A DNA stretch of 20,539 bases from Candidatus Fermentibacteraceae bacterium (GTDB lineage Bacteria; Fermentibacterota; Fermentibacteria; Fermentibacterales; JCC-6): the NCBI GenBank assembly GCA_041686025.1, contig JAWLEP010000042.1, positions 1-20,539 on the forward strand. The letters are read 5' to 3'. Made by a program: the position numbers and the translations under genes. Position 1 is the stretch's first letter. The number at the start of each line of letters is the position of its first letter. Of this stretch, positions 15,928 to 20,539 are shown piece by piece. The notes beneath the pieces were generated by a model that was not told the DNA's origin, searched no databases, and saw only the letters and a list, made by a program, of their open reading frames with translations.

Positions 15928-16362
15928 CTATTTCTTCGGCTGGGCGGGCTTGGAGATCTCCTCCACGGCCTCGCCCGCCAGCTCCTCGTCGGCGGTCTTC
16001 ACCGCGATGTCGGCCAGCGACACCATACCGGTGGCGATGTTGTTCTTGTCCACCACCACCAGCCGTCGTATCTGCTCGCGCTCCATGGTGCGGGCGGCCT
16101 CATCCACCGACTGCTCCTCGGGGCAGGAGACGGCTCCCCCGGTCATGATCTCACCCACCTTCACCTGCGACGGGTCGGCCTCCTCGGCCACGCTTCTTAC
16201 CACGATGTCCCGGTCGGTGACGATGCCGGCCAGCTGGCCGCGGTCATCCATCACCGGCAGCGCGCCCACGTCTATGTCGCGCATCTTGCGGGCCGCCGTG
16301 ACCGCAGTGTCGTTGTGGGTCAGGTGCTCAACGTCCGGTGTCATTATCTCCCTTACCTGCAT
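15928..16362 (-). CDS. Stand-alone CBS-pair protein
   Basis: VREIMT..AARKMRDIDVGALPV..GIVTDRDIV..IMT..IRRLVVV..GMVSLADI; AAAGGAG RBS. Confidence 0.93.
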   Translation of the reverse strand: MQVREIMTPDVEHLTHNDTAVTAARKMRDIDVGALPVMDDRGQLAGIVTDRDIVVRSVAEEADPSQVKVGEIMTGGAVSCPEEQSVDEAARTMEREQIRRLVVVDKNNIATGMVSLADIAVKTADEELAGEAVEEISKPAQPKK

Positions 16363-16479
16363 TCGTCTCCTTTCGTCTCTCTTTCGGGCTTTCTGTCTTC
16401 CGCTTCCGCTCCGGATGCGGGTGCGGCCAGCAGCAGCGTGCGTGCCGGCGCTTCGATGCGCTTGGGCTGCGGCACGGGA

Positions 16480-17145
16480 CTAGAGGTTGATGCGGAGGTT
16501 GTTGATCACGCCCGCCGTGCCCGCGGTAAGGGAGGCGTCCTCCTCCGCCGCCTGTCTGCAGGCCCAGGTGGGGACGGTGCCGGTGAGGGTGACGTAGCCG
16601 TCGTTCACCTCCACGGTGATGTCGTCGGGATTGACCATCATGTCCCTGTCCAGGGCTTTCACCACGTCCTCGGCCAGAACCTCGTCGGCAACGGTCTTTG
16701 CAGGCACCACGGCGAGCTTGTTCTCTATCCGCGTGATCCCCCGCAGGCCTGAGACCCTGTTCTGGGCGAAGGGTACCTTCCAGTGGGCATCCACCGTTCC
16801 TTCCAGGACAAGGACCCCCCCGGATACCGAGACGTCGACGTTGGTGTCGTCCACCGAAGGCTCCCAGGCCAGTATGTTCTCCGCCCGCACGGCTATCTCG
16901 CGGTCCGTGGGCAGCTCCGGGGGTGAGACGTAGCTGACGTTCATCCTGTCCACCACGTCCTCCACCCCCGCTATGCGGGAGGCCGCCAGACGGGCGCTGG
17001 ACCTGTCGCCGTAGGTGGGCACGTCGCCGGACAGGGTAACCGTTCCGTTGTCCACCGTGACCTTCGCCTGGGACGCGTCCACTCTGCTGTCCCAGTAGAG
17101 CTCGTCCACAACGCTCTTCTTGATCTCTTCATCTGTCCGAGCCAT
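16480..17145 (-). CDS. Triple BON-domain protein without signal peptide
   Basis: Three repeats of xDxxI/L...VxVxxGxVxLxGxV...A..xxGxxxVxNxL; GAGGGAGGA RBS before ATG 17145. Confidence 0.92.
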   Translation of the reverse strand: MARTDEEIKKSVVDELYWDSRVDASQAKVTVDNGTVTLSGDVPTYGDRSSARLAASRIAGVEDVVDRMNVSYVSPPELPTDREIAVRAENILAWEPSVDDTNVDVSVSGGVLVLEGTVDAHWKVPFAQNRVSGLRGITRIENKLAVVPAKTVADEVLAEDVVKALDRDMMVNPDDITVEVNDGYVTLTGTVPTWACRQAAEEDASLTAGTAGVINNLRINL

Positions 17146-17398
17146 CGGTTCCTCCCTCTGCATGCCGGATTCTCCTGCCGCGCTCACTCTCAACAGAATC
17201 GAAGACCGGCTCCCATCGAATCGGGGCAACCGGCACGCGGGCGCCAAAGCATTTACCAGTCGGCTCTTGGTGGTTGCAGCCTGGACTGCGCGGGGGGTCT
17301 TTCTTCCGCGGACGGAGCGGCTTTGCCCGGAAGCGGAGCAGGCTATATTGGCAGGGGTGCGGAAGGACTGTTTCTGGGGACCGATGCAAGGAGGGCCA

Positions 17399-17491
17399 AT
17401 GTTCAGCGCAATCGCCGGAATTCTGATAGCGGTTCTGGCGCGGAGCGGGGAGCAGGCCGATTCGGCCCAGCTCACCATTATCGGGGAGTAG
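17399..17491 (+). CDS. 30-aa small ORF with hydrophobic N-terminus (or detached N-terminus of the next gene)
   Basis: AAGGAGG RBS at 17388-17394; MFSAIAGILIAVLARSGEQADSAQLTIIGE*; in frame with GTG 17495. Confidence 0.45.
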   Translation: MFSAIAGILIAVLARSGEQADSAQLTIIGE

Positions 17492-17494
17492 GCC

Positions 17495-18050
17495 GTGGAC
17501 ATCGTCTCACTGATGGAGAGCTTCCGGGAGAGCTACGGAGGCAGGCTCGTGGGAGGCAGGAGCCCTGAGGATGGGCAGGAAGACATTCCGAAGACCGTGA
17601 TGGGTTCGCTGCAGGGACCGCCCACATGGATGGGGGAGATTCAGGGGAGGACGGCCTCCATAGAGGTGGTGGACGGAGACATGGTATCGGTGAGCGTTGT
17701 ATGCCGGGCGGAGGGCTTCCTCTCCCTGAAGCCCCGCAGGCTCGGGGGGGATAATGGGCCTCTACGCCAGGATCTTCCGGGGGGCGCGGTTCCCCGAGGA
17801 CCCGGAGTTCGACCGGTCGTTCACCATCGGCACCAACGACAGGGAGATGATGAGCAGGGCCCTGGGAGACGTGGCCCTGCGGGAGAGGCTGTCGAACCTG
17901 GACGGCATCTACCACGTGGAGCTCTCCTCGGGCACCCTGCAGATCCTGAGGACCTCGGAGAGAATCCGGTTCACCGGCATGTCGGCGCTGTGGACCACCG
18001 CGGAAACGGCTCTCATGCTGGCCGAGAGGATCTGGAGGACGGCGGAATGA
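17495..18050 (+). pseudogene. Hypothetical protein split by a frameshift at a G7 tract
   Basis: Removing one G from 17744-17750 joins ...FLSLKPRRLGG to IMGLYARIFRGARFPEDPEFDRSFTIGTND..., giving 184 aa. Confidence 0.65.
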
Positions 18051-18245
18051 CGGCCCGGTGTGCGGGCCGATTCGATGCAGTCCCTGCGGCCGGTCTGCTG
18101 CAATTGTCCGGCATGGCCTCAGTCGTTTCCGAACCGGCGGGATCTGCGCCCACTGCCCGCATGGAGTTGAACGGATACTTGACCTTACCCGGCGCATGAT
18201 CAGTTTCTAGTGTGAACGGCAGTGCTCGAGAGTGAGGGGATGTCC

Positions 18246-19511
18246 ATGGATGCAAGAGGGATGTGCGTACTGGCGGCGGCCGGGCTCCTGCTTGCCGGCT
18301 GCGGAGGGGGAGGGCCGGAGGAGGCGGTCACCGGGATCACCGTGGTGACCTGGCGGCCCAACTCGCCCGCCACCTGGGACCGGGCCATAGAGATGTTCGA
18401 GGAGGCCAACCCCGACGTCCGGGTGGAGCTGCAGACCGGCCCCAGCTCGTCCACCCAGCTGCACGACATGCTCTCTCAGCGGCTGCGCAACCGCGACCCC
18501 TCGGTGGACGTGTTCGTCATGGACGTGGTCTGGCCGCCGGAGTTCGCCGCAGTGGGCTGGGCCCGCCCCCTGGACGAGGCCTTCGGCCCCGGTGAGCGGG
18601 AGCGGTTCTTCGAGGGTACCGTGGAAGCGGTTACCTGGGAGGGCAGCGTCTACGGGGTGCCCTTCTTCCTGGACGCCGGCGTTCTCTACTACCGCACCGA
18701 CCTGCTTTCCCGCTACGGCCTGGAGCCTCCCCGGACCTGGGGGGAGATGGTCCTGGCCGCAGACAGCGTTCTTCGTGGTGAGGACGACCCTTCCCTGTAC
18801 GGCTACAGCGCCCAGATGGCCCAGTACGAGGGGCTGGTGTGCGACATGCTGGAGCTGGTGGGCTCCGCCGGCGGGGACCTGATGGAACCCGCGGATGAGG
18901 CAACGGTGCGGGCCCTGCGCTTCGCCCGGGACAGCCTGGTGCACCTCGAGGGGATGACCCCGCCAGGCATACTAACCTACCAGGAGCAGGAGTCGCTGGA
19001 GCTCTTCGCCTCCGGGGGAGCGGTCTTCCACCGCAACTGGCCCTACGCCTGGGCGCTGTGCGCCGACACCGCCGGGTCGGAGATAGCCGGGAACGTGGGC
19101 ATCTCCAAGCTTCCGAGCTTTCCAGGCGGGGAGACCGTCTCCGCCCTGGGGGGCTGGAGCTTCGGCATAAGCGCCTACTCGCCTCACCCGGAGGAGGCCT
19201 GGAGGTTCGTGCAGCACATGACCTCTCCGGAGGTGCAGAGGGTGTTCGCCGTGGAGGTGGGAAAGCCTCCGGCCCGGCGAGCGCTGTACGCCGACAGCGC
19301 GGTGCTGGCGGCCAACCCCCACTTCGGGCCCATGGAGGCGGTCTTCGAGGCGGCGGCCCCCAGGCCCCGCAGCCCCCTGTACCCGCAGGTCTCGCACCGG
19401 CTGCAGTCCTTCCTGCACGAGGCTGTAGGCGACTCAGGCAGCCGCATACCGGAGATGGCCCGGCGGGCGGCAGACGACATCGCCGAGATACTGGAGAGGG
19501 CCGGAGGCTAG
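18246..19511 (+). CDS. Sugar ABC transporter substrate-binding lipoprotein (trehalose/maltose-like)
   Basis: Lipobox LAGC; DVFVMDVVWPPEFA, LYYRTDLL, PPRTW, QYEGLVC, RNWPYAW, LGGW, PRPRSPLY. Start at 18240 or 18246. Confidence 0.9.
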   Translation: MDARGMCVLAAAGLLLAGCGGGGPEEAVTGITVVTWRPNSPATWDRAIEMFEEANPDVRVELQTGPSSSTQLHDMLSQRLRNRDPSVDVFVMDVVWPPEFAAVGWARPLDEAFGPGERERFFEGTVEAVTWEGSVYGVPFFLDAGVLYYRTDLLSRYGLEPPRTWGEMVLAADSVLRGEDDPSLYGYSAQMAQYEGLVCDMLELVGSAGGDLMEPADEATVRALRFARDSLVHLEGMTPPGILTYQEQESLELFASGGAVFHRNWPYAWALCADTAGSEIAGNVGISKLPSFPGGETVSALGGWSFGISAYSPHPEEAWRFVQHMTSPEVQRVFAVEVGKPPARRALYADSAVLAANPHFGPMEAVFEAAAPRPRSPLYPQVSHRLQSFLHEAVGDSGSRIPEMARRAADDIAEILERAGG

Positions 19512-19514
19512 CAT

Positions 19515-20381
19515 TTGAGGCAGCTCCGCACGGCCCTGCCCATGATGCTTCCGGCGGCCGTGTTCCTCTGCGGCTTCCTGCTGTTCCCCGTGGTCTGCAC
19601 CATGGTGAACAGCCTCTACCATGACAGCCCCCTTACCGGCCGGGAGTTCTGCGGCCTGGACAACTACCGCCGGCTGGCCGGTGACGACCAGGCCCTGGAG
19701 ACGGTGGAGTTCACCTTCATCTTCGCCCTGTCGTCGGTGGCCCTGGAGATGGTGGCCGGCGTGCTCATCGCTCTGGCCATCAGCCGGGTGGTGCTGGGCC
19801 GGGGGCCGCTGAGGGCGGTGGTGATACTGCCCTGGGCGGTGCCCACCGTGGTGGCGGCGGTGATGTGGAAGTACATCTTCAACGACCAGTACGGCCTGCT
19901 GAACTACCTGGTCTACGGCGACTCGCTTTCGATGTACAGGGCCTGGCTGGCCCGGCCGGCAACCGCCCGTCTGGCCATAATCGCCGCCGACGTCTGGAAG
20001 GCCTCCTCGTTCGTGGCCCTGATCGCCCTGGCCGGCCTGCAGTCGGTGCCCCAGCAGCTCATGGAGGCCGCCCGCATAGACGGCGCCGGTCCGGTGCGGC
20101 GCTTCTTCCACGTGACGCTGCCGCTTATCCGGCCGGCGCTGCTGGTGGCGCTGCTGTTCCGGGTGATGGACGCCTTCCGGGTGTTCGACCTGGTATTCGT
20201 GATGACCCAGGGCGCTCCGGCGGGGCAGACCTCGGTGATGCAGTACTTCGGCTACCTGAAGATGTTCCCCGAGCAGCAGTACGGTTACGGGGCCGCCGTT
20301 TCCGTGGTGGTGTTCGCCATCATAGCGGCCCTGTCGGTGCTGCTGGTGCGCACCGTGGGCAGGAGGGGGCTGGTGGAGTGA
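19515..20381 (+). CDS. Sugar ABC transporter permease (MalF-like)
   Basis: GLDNY, ILPWAVPTVV, ADVWK, LAGLQSVP..EAARIDGA (EAA loop), DAFRVFD. Confidence 0.92.
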   Translation: MRQLRTALPMMLPAAVFLCGFLLFPVVCTMVNSLYHDSPLTGREFCGLDNYRRLAGDDQALETVEFTFIFALSSVALEMVAGVLIALAISRVVLGRGPLRAVVILPWAVPTVVAAVMWKYIFNDQYGLLNYLVYGDSLSMYRAWLARPATARLAIIAADVWKASSFVALIALAGLQSVPQQLMEAARIDGAGPVRRFFHVTLPLIRPALLVALLFRVMDAFRVFDLVFVMTQGAPAGQTSVMQYFGYLKMFPEQQYGYGAAVSVVVFAIIAALSVLLVRTVGRRGLVE

Positions 20382-20539
20382 GGCTGCTGTGGACGGGCCT
20401 GGCGCTGACGGCCGTGGTGCTGTTCTGCCTGGGGCCGATCCTGTGGATCCTCTCCACCTCGCTGAAGTCCCCGGAGCTGATCGACGACCGGCCGCCGTCG
20501 CTGCTGCCCGACCTGGACGCCACAAGCTACCGGGTGGCC
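20378..20539 (+). CDS. Second sugar ABC permease (MalG-like), truncated by window end
   Basis: GTGA overlap; MRLLWTGLALTAVVLFCLGPILWILSTSLKSPE...PPSLLP..SY. Confidence 0.8.
   Translation, partial: MRLLWTGLALTAVVLFCLGPILWILSTSLKSPELIDDRPPSLLPDLDATSYRVA

Noticed and set aside
17489..17491. Genome-wide amber recoding suggested by in-frame TAGs
   Set aside because: TAG terminates many full-length genes here (5516, 9193, 11523, 15847, 19511).
1..20539. CRISPR array, tRNA/rRNA, transposase or integrase
   Set aside because: No regularly spaced repeats, cloverleaf signatures or recombinase motifs seen by eye.

Overview
GC-rich bacterial window. A C-terminal 'ESSTWAGIK' motif on a secreted protein suggests an FCB-group candidate lineage such as Fermentibacterota (inference). 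Positions 1-3600 are an accessory-looking region: a doubly frameshifted HEPN toxin-like pseudogene behind a tandem operator, an L7/L12-CTD-like protein, two exported proteins, a vapBC pair with its own promoter/operator, and a pRiA4b ORF3-family gene. The centrepiece (3711-9193) is an overlapping three-gene operon in which an XPB/Rad25 helicase sits between two paralogous ~600-670 aa proteins. Both partners end in a Helicase_C_3-like domain plus a short p8/Tfb5-like domain, making this a candidate bacterial TFIIH-like XPB-p52-p8 module. The remainder holds a membrane protein, a candidate rod-shaped ncRNA before an AEC-family transporter, a CASTOR/POLLUX-type channel with a divergent filter, pncA-pncB, CBS and triple-BON proteins, a gene broken at a G7 tract, and the start of a trehalose/maltose-type ABC transporter. 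All calls come from reading motifs by eye; no searches were run.
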